IMG/VR virus record: IMGVR_UViG_3300024257_000005
Location: 1-64,000 of that record
DNA from: a virus
DNA length: 64,000 nucleotides
Strand: one strand, 5' to 3'
The position numbers and the translations under genes were made by a program. Within the stretch, counting starts at the first letter, position 1. Each line of letters opens with the position of its first letter. The notes beneath the pieces are model-generated. The model was not told where the DNA came from, made no database searches, and worked only from the letters and a program-made list of their open reading frames with translations. Positions 32,701 to 41,525 of this stretch are shown here, one piece after another.

Positions 32701-33397
32701 TTTTTCACTAATGAATTCTGATTTTATAATCGATGGAGATGAAATTGTTCATGGCATCACTAAAATAAAGTTTATTACTCAAAAGGCTTTTGATATTTTA
32801 AAGGATAACTACGACATAATAGATCTTGAAAATATTGATCTACTATTGGGAAAGAAATATTTGAATCACCTTGGCAAGAATGCCTATTTAATTAATAAGA
32901 GAATATTTGCAGCATTAGTATTTTCAGGAGCATTGGACTATCTTGATATGAGTAGAAATGATATAATCGATAGATATAATGACATTAGAAAAATGAAAGA
33001 TAAGGCTGCCGTTCCTCACATTGAAAATAAATCAGATAGGACCGCCAAGGAAAAAGACTATCTAGGATATTCGATGGATGGAAATAGAGAATTTAGAGCT
33101 TTTCGAGATGAATATTATGCTGCTCTTCCTGGGACTGCAAATCTTGATGAAATTTTTGATGAAGAGCATATGTCTCAAGCTAGTGACATATTCAGAATAT
33201 CCAAGGTTACTATGAAGAAAACAAAGAACGATAAGGACTACCGACTGGTCGAACTTGATACTATCGATAGAGCATTCTATCCAGTATTTGTCTGGAAGAA
33301 GGAAATTGATCTTAAAAAGGGATCGCTATACATTGGCGACCTAGCTAAAAGCAACGGATTTATAACACTAGAAAATGTGGAGTTAATTAATGAATAA
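29729..33397 (+). CDS. dnaE: DNA polymerase III alpha subunit with an N-terminal UDG-like extension
   Basis: PHP motifs HHHNQFS..DG, TNHGN, SDTHY; GPGRGSAAGSLV, FERFL, PDIDTDF, HAAGV, RPGP, YQEQ, YGFNYAH. Confidence 0.95.
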   Translation: MNKEQIHNLIKGQYPDEEIVLPQGYVKSSFMVVSEKPLKDEDWLKVLLDKVNIDTYTTWKTSVSKNGADVDDISELVDHVIENEIVNVQPQIIFTIGEKVSKAFKKLDGTVLFVELTEDLDDDELDDRKNEIRQIVFRSTFINFHHHNQFSFRDGLGTEDQIVQRLMKLKMPGFCLTNHGNMNAHFRLYNAAKAYGIKPIYGNEMYYCPNIQEINKLKLSKEKEDVAKRVELSKESYHLTVLAKNETGYYNLIKMSNISWIENFYKFPRIDDELLEKHKEGLIVLSGCIGGFIPKNLINDNEEAAYEKARLYKDWFGDDFYIELHSTDYEPQKEANEKLVKLAKDLDIKTVIASDTHYINKGDDEIQQIMMLNNAKQSIEDLNDPTTKTWSFSVKDLYIKSIDALMSDFDDKMKNVNYDEKDFVTSILNVNELFTRIEHFDIDNSLKLPNMGENSSGEFRKLLKEGIEYRKLEVTEKLLDRLKIEMDIIEKLGYVDYFLIMADIIVWTKDKFGEYSVGPGRGSAAGSLVNFLLKITDVNPLNHEMLLFERFLSPGRADVPDIDTDFSPDIRPLVKEYIVERFGREYVCSIGNYQTLKLKSAMQDVFRTLNIPFGEVVLATKEIGNLSPDDEILPVADIRKDYKMLDDLLRRYPETERFIDSLKGLVKSTGQHAAGVIVSSKKLTENIPLVITSSKEIVSANTEGGDNHELTALGYIKYDILSLTTLKLINDCSKYILERHGVDLDWNEKEYDDERMYELLHKGDTYGVFQFSSPLATKYLESMKPDDLNDLCAASALLRPGPLDQKMHEEYSLIKSGEKDYSINEALKDILGPTFGIIVYQEQILRICQELGGFTKTEANVFRKALVKYEKSPEHEKKRRERVKSFSVKLIEGLEKYMSSNEATKLWEIIESFARYGFNYAHSLSYSILSHRQLYQKFFYPMEYYCSFLNNEELSAYARIIRKMTKFELRKFDYDDMSITETFNANIAKPNFSLMNSDFIIDGDEIVHGITKIKFITQKAFDILKDNYDIIDLENIDLLLGKKYLNHLGKNAYLINKRIFAALVFSGALDYLDMSRNDIIDRYNDIRKMKDKAAVPHIENKSDRTAKEKDYLGYSMDGNREFRAFRDEYYAALPGTANLDEIFDEEHMSQASDIFRISKVTMKKTKNDKDYRLVELDTIDRAFYPVFVWKKEIDLKKGSLYIGDLAKSNGFITLENVELINE

Positions 33398-34412
33398 CAA
33401 CAGTAATTTTTCAATCAAGGGCAAGACTATATACATAGAGGGATCTGATTATGCAGGTAAGACTACATTTATCAAAAACATATTAGACCATCCTGTTAGC
33501 ACGAATAATTTTATCTCTGATAGAAGTATTATTACATCTCTGATGTATGCAAAGATATTTAATAGAGATAAGGTTGACACATTTCAGCTTGAGGAGAGTT
33601 TTGTCCGATCATTGGAATCAAATGAAAATATGTACTTCCTATTGGATCCATCTGAAGAAGAGATTACTCGAAGAAGCAAACTAAGATCAGAAGATCTTGT
33701 AAGCATGGATCAGATTTTTGAACTAAAGAAAATGTATCGTGAGTTCTTTGAAAAATATAAACACTATGAATGTGTACATATACTTTCAAGTATAGATCCA
33801 GAAGGCGGCTTTTTGGTTCAAATGGCTTTCTTAAATAGAGCCTTCCCTACTAGATTCTCGGCTGACTACTACACTCTACTCTCAACACTTTATAGAAAAG
33901 AAGACCATGAGATTAATAATTATAGAATGCAATATTCTTTCAAAGACTTTCTCAATTTTGTAAACGAAACTCAAGTCACTTTGTTTGATATCGGAGAAAG
34001 CTGGATATATTTTCAAGGACTAGATAGAAGAATTGATAGAGATGCAATATCGGATAGAGAATATTATGAAAGAAAAATGGTTCTATCAAATCTAAAATTT
34101 AATACTCACATCATGATTGATAAGTATAAAGAGAAACTGAACTCAAGAAGGTTTCTATCTATTAATGATTCTTGCTTCTCATATACTCAAGTCAATATTA
34201 GAGAGGATAGAATAGTATTTACATTCAACTTTAGAAGCACTGAGGTTTGGAAAATGCTACCAGCTGATATGGATTTCATAGCCGAGCTTGTGGAAGATTA
34301 CATAACTTGGTTGGAGAAGGAATATGAATATGGAGATTTCAACTTTGATCCAAATGATAAAAAAATTATAATTGACTTAAACATGGCATCAGCCCATTTA
34401 AACATAGACTAA
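33390..34412 (+). CDS. dNMP kinase fused to a thymidylate-synthase-fold domain (dCMP-type Asp)
   Basis: IEGSDYAGKTT, DRSI; SRRF...SCFSYTQV...FRSTEV..LPAD...SAHL. Confidence 0.65.
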   Translation: MNNNSNFSIKGKTIYIEGSDYAGKTTFIKNILDHPVSTNNFISDRSIITSLMYAKIFNRDKVDTFQLEESFVRSLESNENMYFLLDPSEEEITRRSKLRSEDLVSMDQIFELKKMYREFFEKYKHYECVHILSSIDPEGGFLVQMAFLNRAFPTRFSADYYTLLSTLYRKEDHEINNYRMQYSFKDFLNFVNETQVTLFDIGESWIYFQGLDRRIDRDAISDREYYERKMVLSNLKFNTHIMIDKYKEKLNSRRFLSINDSCFSYTQVNIREDRIVFTFNFRSTEVWKMLPADMDFIAELVEDYITWLEKEYEYGDFNFDPNDKKIIIDLNMASAHLNID

Positions 34413-34421
34413 GGAGAAAGC

Positions 34422-35432
34422 ATGAAAAAACAAGATGTAATTAACATGAGAGAAGCAATGGGAACATTACCATCTCAATCACCTGAAAAATCATACGATT
34501 ATTCAGACGACATATCTTCTATTTATGTGAAGATGACAGACTGGCCAAGAAATCCATACGAAGTATTAGTTAGAGCTGTTACTGCCACTTGGGGAGACGA
34601 TGCAACTGGATCAACTCAGAAGTGGGAAAAGCTTACACCTGAAAACCGGTATAGAGTTGCTTTATCTACATTGACAGGAAATACACTGCCTCAGGCACAA
34701 GAAGGATTACAATTCCAATTTGAAGTGAATGGATTGTCAAGAGCAGATTTTGATCAGCATGCTAGAGCTCGTATTGGTGCACATTTCATGAGCATTGGTA
34801 CTAGAGATAATAACAAATTGGATGCTAGGTTCTTGTTATATGATGACATTACTGAGCAAATGAAAGTTGATCCCGCCTACAAAGAGAAGGTTGAAAGCTG
34901 GATTAAATTGTCAAAAGATCTCTATGAAGAAACCATAAATCAATCGGAATCGTCATGGCAAACAGGTCGCTCATTCTTACCTCAATCAATTAATCATTCA
35001 TATGTGTTCGGAATGAATTATATTGCACTGAAAGGACAGATGGGAAGACGACTTATGGCTTGCGAACAAGAGGGAATTGTTGCACTCCATTGGAAAATCC
35101 GAAAAGAACTGGAAGATCACTTTCCACTATTAGCATCATTCTTAAGACCGGTATGTGATAAAGCACGTAAGTGTGTTTACATGGAAGGCCCAGAAGGAAT
35201 GACAAAATACTTTTCAAACCTATTTGACGGTTGTGGAAGATGGGAAATCAAGAACAAAGAAAATGCCGAATATAAAGAGTTCAACAGAAGTTGCTCTGAT
35301 TATAATCGTCTCCGAGAATTAGATATCCCAGTTTTAGATCCCCATGAATTTGTAAACTATGGACCAGATGATTTTGACAAATTAGATGAGAAGGATAAGC
35401 AGTGGTTTTATGACGAAGAAGATAGAGGGTAG
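34422..35432 (+). CDS. Divergent flavin-dependent thymidylate synthase (ThyX-like)
   Basis: E.LQFQFEVNGLSR..DQHARARIG, GRSFLPQS, RRLMACEQ; canonical RHRx7S motif altered. Confidence 0.7.
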   Translation: MKKQDVINMREAMGTLPSQSPEKSYDYSDDISSIYVKMTDWPRNPYEVLVRAVTATWGDDATGSTQKWEKLTPENRYRVALSTLTGNTLPQAQEGLQFQFEVNGLSRADFDQHARARIGAHFMSIGTRDNNKLDARFLLYDDITEQMKVDPAYKEKVESWIKLSKDLYEETINQSESSWQTGRSFLPQSINHSYVFGMNYIALKGQMGRRLMACEQEGIVALHWKIRKELEDHFPLLASFLRPVCDKARKCVYMEGPEGMTKYFSNLFDGCGRWEIKNKENAEYKEFNRSCSDYNRLRELDIPVLDPHEFVNYGPDDFDKLDEKDKQWFYDEEDRG

Positions 35433-35901
35433 AATATCATTAGCTGAGATGTATATCGATATAGCTCAGACAATATCCAAAAGAAGCACCTGTAAGCGAA
35501 AGCAAGTAGGTGCTGTGGTGGTTAAAGATTCATCAATTAGTGCATACGGATATAATGGAACACCTCATGGCTGGGATAATTGCTGTGAGGATTCTGAAAA
35601 TGAAACAAAGTCAGAAGTTATTCATGCTGAAATAAATGCAATAACAAAGATGGCTAAATCAAATGCGAGTATAGATGGATCGACTGTTTATATAACGTTG
35701 TCACCATGTTTTGATTGTGCTAAGGCAATAATACAATCAGGAATTACTACAGTTATCTATTTAGAAGAATATAGAGATGTAGACCCTCTACAGTTTCTAG
35801 CTGAAGCTGGAGTTGAAGTTCGACAAGTGGACGCAAAAGGCCGGATTATCAAAGTCTGGACAAAAGGCAAAGAACCTATCAAAATTAGTCAAGGAAAATA
35901 A
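35410..35901 (+). CDS. dCMP deaminase
   Basis: RSTCKRKQVGAV, GYNGTP, HAEINA, SPCFDCAK. Confidence 0.93.
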   Translation: MTKKIEGRISLAEMYIDIAQTISKRSTCKRKQVGAVVVKDSSISAYGYNGTPHGWDNCCEDSENETKSEVIHAEINAITKMAKSNASIDGSTVYITLSPCFDCAKAIIQSGITTVIYLEEYRDVDPLQFLAEAGVEVRQVDAKGRIIKVWTKGKEPIKISQGK

Positions 35902-37556
35902 TGAAATATAAGAATCAAATTCTCGATGCATTTAAAAAATTCGGCTTTGAGCCTAGAGGAAATCAGCTAGAACTAGTTAATGAAATTTTAACATCATTCA
36001 TTGATAACGAAAAAGAAAATGTAGTTCTATCTGCTCCAACAGGAACTGGTAAGTCAATTATTGCTGCGATTGCAGCCGAGGTTTTGTCTGAGCTTGATAA
36101 GTCATATGACGAAACTAAAAAGTCATTTATTCTAATGCATACTAACACGCTTACAAAACAGTATCTCAACACATTCAAGAAATATGATAATGATTTTATT
36201 TCAGTAATGGGTGCAGGAAACTATCCATGTTCACTATTGGATGAGACTGCTGCAAGCTGTATGTTCAAAGAGGCTGATGATGAAAAGCGAAAGCAACATT
36301 GTTTTGATTGTGAATACTTGGACAACCGGGGAAAGATGAATAAAATTCCCCACCTGATTACCAACTATTCTTACTTCTTTATCTCAGCACTATATTCTCA
36401 TTCACTAGATGATAGATTAATTACTGTGTTTGATGAAGCTCACATCATAAATGATATTTTCAGCAGTCATATGCAAATTCATGTGACAACACATATGGTT
36501 GAATCCATGATTAGAGATATTGAAAAATATCCTATTGACAATGCTCAAACTATTCTAGATTCGTTACGACAGGTGATAGATATGATCGAGGAAGGTATAA
36601 TCAACAAAGGCAACTACAAGAGCTTCCTCAAGGTCCTACAAAGCATTTATGGCAAAATTTTAGAGGAGTTTGAATACCAATCAGCCGATTGTTTTCAACG
36701 CGATGATTGGGCTAGATTCAAAGTTATGAAGGCAATTGCACGCAAATATCAGAACTTACACCAAAAAATCGATGATTTCTTCGGTTATAATTACGAACAT
36801 ATTTTGGATGTTCAAAATGTAAGCATAAGTGTTTCGCCAATATTCTTCTCTGACATGTTCAAACAAGTACAGAAATCAAAATACAATTTATTTATGTCAG
36901 CTACAGTCAATAAGGAATTCATTGTTAAGACTCTGAATTTGGCTCCTAAGGATACGACCTATATTAAATCACCACCCGTGTTTGATCCTGAGACAAAATC
37001 TGTAATTATGATCAATCATACAAACTACAACTATAGCTCATTACAGAATAAATCAATCCTGGCAGAAATGTCAGAGCTGGTATTTGATATTATCAAGGAT
37101 CATCCTGAAAAGGGTATCATACTGACTCCCTCATTTAAGATTACAAAAGCGATTGCAGACTACTTGAAATCAACAAATCAAAGCACCAGAATTATTGAGC
37201 ATGTTCAGGGAATTCATCTAAATAGATTCCTAGACAGGCACAAGTCCTCAAAGGCAAATAGCATTTTGATATCTCCTTCACTATTTGAGGGAATCGATCT
37301 ACCTAAGAAGGAATCTGAGTTCCAGATCTTTGTCAAAGCACCATTCCCATCTCTAGGAGACAAGAGGATCAAATACATCTTCGATCATCACTCATCAATA
37401 TATGAGCTCATGACAATATTCAAGATAGTCCAGGGATTTGGCAGGTCGACCAGAAGTGCTGATGATTTTTCTCTGACATATTCGTTGGATGCCAACATCG
37501 GTAGACTATTTAATCACAAGAAGAATATCTGGAAAGAAGAATTTAATATCATTTAA
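35901..37556 (+). CDS. DinG/Rad3-family SF2 helicase
   Basis: PRGNQ, APTGTGKS, DEAH, MSAT, EGIDLP, KAPFP, QGFGRSTRS. Confidence 0.88.
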   Translation: MKYKNQILDAFKKFGFEPRGNQLELVNEILTSFIDNEKENVVLSAPTGTGKSIIAAIAAEVLSELDKSYDETKKSFILMHTNTLTKQYLNTFKKYDNDFISVMGAGNYPCSLLDETAASCMFKEADDEKRKQHCFDCEYLDNRGKMNKIPHLITNYSYFFISALYSHSLDDRLITVFDEAHIINDIFSSHMQIHVTTHMVESMIRDIEKYPIDNAQTILDSLRQVIDMIEEGIINKGNYKSFLKVLQSIYGKILEEFEYQSADCFQRDDWARFKVMKAIARKYQNLHQKIDDFFGYNYEHILDVQNVSISVSPIFFSDMFKQVQKSKYNLFMSATVNKEFIVKTLNLAPKDTTYIKSPPVFDPETKSVIMINHTNYNYSSLQNKSILAEMSELVFDIIKDHPEKGIILTPSFKITKAIADYLKSTNQSTRIIEHVQGIHLNRFLDRHKSSKANSILISPSLFEGIDLPKKESEFQIFVKAPFPSLGDKRIKYIFDHHSSIYELMTIFKIVQGFGRSTRSADDFSLTYSLDANIGRLFNHKKNIWKEEFNII

Positions 37557-37559
37557 CTG

Positions 37560-37588
37560 TTTCATCCAATACAATTTCATAGTATATT
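37560..37588 (+). promoter_or_regulatory. Sigma70-like promoter (TTTCAT-N17-TATATT)
   Basis: Intergenic, same motif as 38812. Confidence 0.55.
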
Positions 37589-37607
37589 GTAGCAACAAAG
37601 GAGACTT

Positions 37608-38018
37608 ATGACATATTCAAAATTTTATAGAACAGTTGCCATAGAAGTGCAAGGTGTTCTTGTAGACCTCAGAGGAAATGTAAATCCTTATACAGAGGAA
37701 GCATTAAATCTGCTGGTAGAGAATGACTTTCATGTCATTTTATGGACCGATAAGGGCGGCATTGATATTCGAGAGCATTTGAATATCAACAAACATAAAA
37801 ATATCAACATAGCCCATAAACCAGATACACCGGCAAAAGACGTATATCATGTCATCGATTATAGGTACGATTATGGATCTCAATATAAGCTGTGGTCCGT
37901 CATTCAGTTTCTATCAATTGAAAAATCAGATGGTTATAAAATTGTTGAATGTATAAAGGATTATATTACCATTGTAAAGGGAATAGAGGTTCGTCTTGGA
38001 AAAGCTAAAAAAAGCTAA
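37608..38018 (+). CDS. Degenerate HAD-fold protein
   Basis: VAIEVQGVL (DxDG-like), VILWT. Confidence 0.4.
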   Translation: MTYSKFYRTVAIEVQGVLVDLRGNVNPYTEEALNLLVENDFHVILWTDKGGIDIREHLNINKHKNINIAHKPDTPAKDVYHVIDYRYDYGSQYKLWSVIQFLSIEKSDGYKIVECIKDYITIVKGIEVRLGKAKKS

Positions 38019-38427
38019 AGTAGGAATTGTTGGTTCTCGTGAGTGGCAATCATATCGCGACATCAAGGATTTTGTATTCTTCCTCAAAAAAGAATATGGA
38101 GATGGTCTAACAATTGTTTCAGGTGGACAGCCGCTTGGAGCAGATGGCATGGCAAAGAAAGCTGCACTGGAATTAGAAGTTAACTATGTGGAATTTCCAC
38201 CTCAGCATTTTGAGTATAATCAATATTGCCAGAACAACGGTGTCCCAAAATATATGTACAACAAACCTTATCATGTGAGATATTTCTTCATGAGGAATAG
38301 TCAAATTGCAGAATATTCTGATTTTGTGGTTGGTTTTATTCCCAAAGGTTTCCCATCAAAGGGCACTCGTGATACACTGAGAAAAGCTGAAAAGCTTGGC
38401 AAGAAAATAATCATTCAGGAGAAATAA
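37996..38427 (+). CDS. SLOG-family (DprA/YspA-like) protein
   Basis: GIVGSR, IVSGG..GAD, RNSQI, SKGT. Confidence 0.75.
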   Translation: MEKLKKAKVGIVGSREWQSYRDIKDFVFFLKKEYGDGLTIVSGGQPLGADGMAKKAALELEVNYVEFPPQHFEYNQYCQNNGVPKYMYNKPYHVRYFFMRNSQIAEYSDFVVGFIPKGFPSKGTRDTLRKAEKLGKKIIIQEK

Positions 38428-38807
38428 TGGCAAATATTGTAAATGAGTTTGAAAGAGAAATAGCTCGTTCTGAAGAAAATAAAACAGATATAGCTAAACG
38501 AATGCAAAGAATAGCAAATATTTCTAACCGAATTCAGATGGAACAGTTTAGACAGCAAGAGCTTGAGCTACAAGCAGAGCAACTAGCAACAAAATTCACT
38601 GGTAAGACTCCAGATCGACATAAAGAAGCCGTCAAAATTCCCACACGCATTATAGATCGATTTGCATGGTACCCAGTTACGATTGGAAATAAGATGAAAT
38701 TCCTAGTCAAATGTAAAATACTTCAGGAATTTGGTCGATGGGAATCAGATGGTGTTCTTGATCCACCACCACATTGGCGTAATAAAGAATTCATTGAAAC
38801 GAGTTAA
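38427..38807 (+). CDS. Hypothetical protein
   Basis: Coupled TAATG start. Confidence 0.55.
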   Translation: MANIVNEFEREIARSEENKTDIAKRMQRIANISNRIQMEQFRQQELELQAEQLATKFTGKTPDRHKEAVKIPTRIIDRFAWYPVTIGNKMKFLVKCKILQEFGRWESDGVLDPPPHWRNKEFIETS

Positions 38808-38811
38808 ACGG

Positions 38812-38840
38812 TTTCATCTAACGCCATTTTGGGTTATATT
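38812..38840 (+). promoter_or_regulatory. Sigma70-like promoter (TTTCAT-N17-TATATT)
   Basis: Intergenic, upstream of ligA. Confidence 0.55.
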
Positions 38841-38864
38841 GCAGTAACAACCAAAGGAGTACAC

Positions 38865-40799
38865 ATGAATTCAGTTTTCGAAAAATTAATCAAGGCATCA
38901 GAAGCTTATTACAATGGTCATCCTATCATGGATGATTCTGAGTTTGATGCTCTTGTAGACATGGTAACAGCCAGTCATCCAAACCATCCCATTCTAAAAA
39001 CAATTGGTGCACCAACCAGGGACGATTCACCTTGGACAAAAAGGTCGCATCAAATTGCCATGGGATCGCTTTCAAAGATCGTTGATGACAACGATTTGGC
39101 AAAATTCATGGACAAACATTATACTGAAAATTTCCGGAAGGAATATGTCTTATCAGAAAAACTTGATGGAATCTCAATTAACTGTGAATATTCAAACGGA
39201 GTTCTTATCCGGGCGATCACTAGAGGTAGTGGAGTTGAGGGTGAAGATATTAAGAGAAACGTTTTGAACATGAATGGTTGCAACCGGGGAATAAGCATCG
39301 ATCGAGATACTTCAGTAAGAGGTGAGATTATTATGCTTGAGGGTGACTTTAAAATTCTCAATCAGATTCTTGTAGCTCTAGGTGAAGAGCCATACAAAAA
39401 TATGAGAAACTGTGTATCTGGAATTGCTAGAAGATTTGATGGAAAATACTCTGAATATCTCACAATCAGATATTACGATACCACAATTGGAGATTTAGAT
39501 AAGGCTGAGAAATTCTGGTGGTTAAAGAATCACGGATTTGATACAGCTGAATTCTATATTGTCAAAACAATGAACGAAATCCAAGCAATTTACCAATCAT
39601 ATGTTGAATCAAAAAGAGAAGGAATTGATTATGAAATTGATGGATTGGTTCTGGAAATATCAGACCGCGATATTAGAAATCGTATGGGATATAAGGATCA
39701 AAAACCTAAGTTTGCCGTGGCTTACAAATTCCCCAGCTTGGCAGCAACAACTACTCTTTTAGATATTGAGTGGAATGTCGGAACTGGTGGTCATATCACT
39801 CCAGTGGCAATTCTCGAACCTGTTCAAATTGGTGGTATTACAATTCGCAGGTCAACATTGCATAATCAGGCAAATGTCAAGGCATTAAATCTTGGATTAA
39901 ATGACACAGTATTGGTTAGCCGAAGGAATGATGTTATTCCTTATGTTGAGAAAGTAATCTACTCGGATAACAATCTTCATTTTAACATTCCTGAATGCTG
40001 CCCTGAATGTAGCGAACCTGCTATTATTGATGGTGCATATCTTGTTTGTGAAAATCCATTATGCAAGGGAAACTTATTAGGATCCTTGATGAAATGGATC
40101 AAAAAGTCTGGAATGGATTCTCTAGGTATGGGTGAGAAGGTTATTGAAAGGGCTTTTGATGCAGAACTAATCACATTCCCAGCCGAACTATACACAATGA
40201 GCACCAATAAGTTCTTACAACTTGAAGGAGTTCAGAACAAATCGGCAACTAAGATGATGAGCATTATTCAATCTCATAGATCATTATCTCTGGCTGATTT
40301 TATTGGTGGATTGAACCTTGGATCATTTGGATCCTCACTGGCTCAAAGATTAGTAGATGCTGGATATGATACTCTTGAAAAAATTCAAGCTCTTACAATT
40401 CCCCAAATGGTTCATGTTGAAGGAATGGGATATAAGAGATCAGGAAATTTCATTGAGAGATTATTTGCAAAAACAAACCAGATCAATAGGCTTCTTGAGC
40501 ATGTCACCATTGAAGAAGAAAAACCTGCTTTAGAAGCAACCGGTGATATATTTAATAACAATAGCTTTTGCTTCACAGGTGCAATCCAAAAGGAAACACC
40601 TGAAGGAAAGAGATTTAATAGGAAGATGATGGAAGCATTGGTTTTTGAAAATGGTGGAAGCACATCATCAGTAAAGAAGGGCCTCACCTATTTGGTACAG
40701 GCTGATCCAGATTCACAATCATCAAAAACAAAGAAGGCAATCTCCTTAGGTGTAGAAATATTAGCCGAATCAGATTTCTTCAAAATGCTGGGAGAATAA
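38865..40799 (+). CDS. ligA: NAD-dependent DNA ligase
   Basis: YYNG.P.MDDSEFD, EKLDG, TRG.G..GED, DGLV, AYKF, Zn finger, HhH, BRCT. Confidence 0.95.
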   Translation: MNSVFEKLIKASEAYYNGHPIMDDSEFDALVDMVTASHPNHPILKTIGAPTRDDSPWTKRSHQIAMGSLSKIVDDNDLAKFMDKHYTENFRKEYVLSEKLDGISINCEYSNGVLIRAITRGSGVEGEDIKRNVLNMNGCNRGISIDRDTSVRGEIIMLEGDFKILNQILVALGEEPYKNMRNCVSGIARRFDGKYSEYLTIRYYDTTIGDLDKAEKFWWLKNHGFDTAEFYIVKTMNEIQAIYQSYVESKREGIDYEIDGLVLEISDRDIRNRMGYKDQKPKFAVAYKFPSLAATTTLLDIEWNVGTGGHITPVAILEPVQIGGITIRRSTLHNQANVKALNLGLNDTVLVSRRNDVIPYVEKVIYSDNNLHFNIPECCPECSEPAIIDGAYLVCENPLCKGNLLGSLMKWIKKSGMDSLGMGEKVIERAFDAELITFPAELYTMSTNKFLQLEGVQNKSATKMMSIIQSHRSLSLADFIGGLNLGSFGSSLAQRLVDAGYDTLEKIQALTIPQMVHVEGMGYKRSGNFIERLFAKTNQINRLLEHVTIEEEKPALEATGDIFNNNSFCFTGAIQKETPEGKRFNRKMMEALVFENGGSTSSVKKGLTYLVQADPDSQSSKTKKAISLGVEILAESDFFKMLGE

Positions 40800-40802
40800 A
40801 TA

Positions 40803-41021
40803 ATGAATGTATTTTATGGCATTTGTAGCATAATAATTATATTGTTACTTGCCGCAATGACTGGATTAGCAGCCATGGGAGCAATTGCAGGAACTGTATT
40901 ATTTTATGGTAGCATATTGGCTTTGGCACTAGGATTTTATATTTGGACATCCATTGTAGAATCATCTCGTTTATTATGGTCAATGCTAAGTGATAAGTTT
41001 CTTACAATCTGGCCAAGATAA
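40803..41021 (+). CDS. Small membrane protein
   Basis: Two hydrophobic segments. Confidence 0.5.
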   Translation: MNVFYGICSIIIILLLAAMTGLAAMGAIAGTVLFYGSILALALGFYIWTSIVESSRLLWSMLSDKFLTIWPR

Positions 41022-41200
41022 TGTTTTTAAAATGGATTAGACAGTGGTGGTGCAAAGACCATAAGTGGGTGATTGTAGAAATTAACCAAGTTGACCATGC
41101 ACTGAATGTATCAAAGAAAAACAAATGTAGCAAATGTGGCAAAATCAGATTTAAGACATTGAACAAATTTTTTAAATGGCAATATAGAGTAAGGGATTAG
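41021..41200 (+). CDS. Small Zn-ribbon-like protein (59 aa)
   Basis: WWCKDHKW...CSKCGK; translated by hand, below the ORF-track size cutoff. Confidence 0.55.
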   Translation: MFLKWIRQWWCKDHKWVIVEINQVDHALNVSKKNKCSKCGKIRFKTLNKFFKWQYRVRD

Positions 41201-41201
41201 A

Positions 41202-41498
41202 ATGGCTAGTATAAAACGACATGAAGTTTTGGCAGCAGTAAAAGCCAAATATCCAGATGAAGATCTTATGATCAAGGTTGTATCAAAGCATCTCAGGATA
41301 GATATTATCAATAAAGCCACTAATGAGATTTATTTTTCATGGTCGATGGCTTTAGAGGAACACGTAGAAGAGCAAAAATGGATTCATAAAAGATCTCCAA
41401 CTCAAGTCGTGATTGACTCATTTGAAAAGCAATATGATAAAACAATCTTGGATGACATAAATCTCTTATTGAGCGTACCAACAGTCACCGACATTTAA
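41202..41498 (+). CDS. Hypothetical protein
   Basis: ORF in a tightly packed gene run. Confidence 0.5.
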   Translation: MASIKRHEVLAAVKAKYPDEDLMIKVVSKHLRIDIINKATNEIYFSWSMALEEHVEEQKWIHKRSPTQVVIDSFEKQYDKTILDDINLLLSVPTVTDI

Positions 41499-41525
41499 TT
41501 TCAAATAAATACCGTATTTCTTCTT

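Noticed and set aside
21522-33397. Inteins or introns in nrdJ and dnaE
   Set aside because: The ORFs are continuous and of ordinary length, with no intein termini or homing-endonuclease motifs seen.
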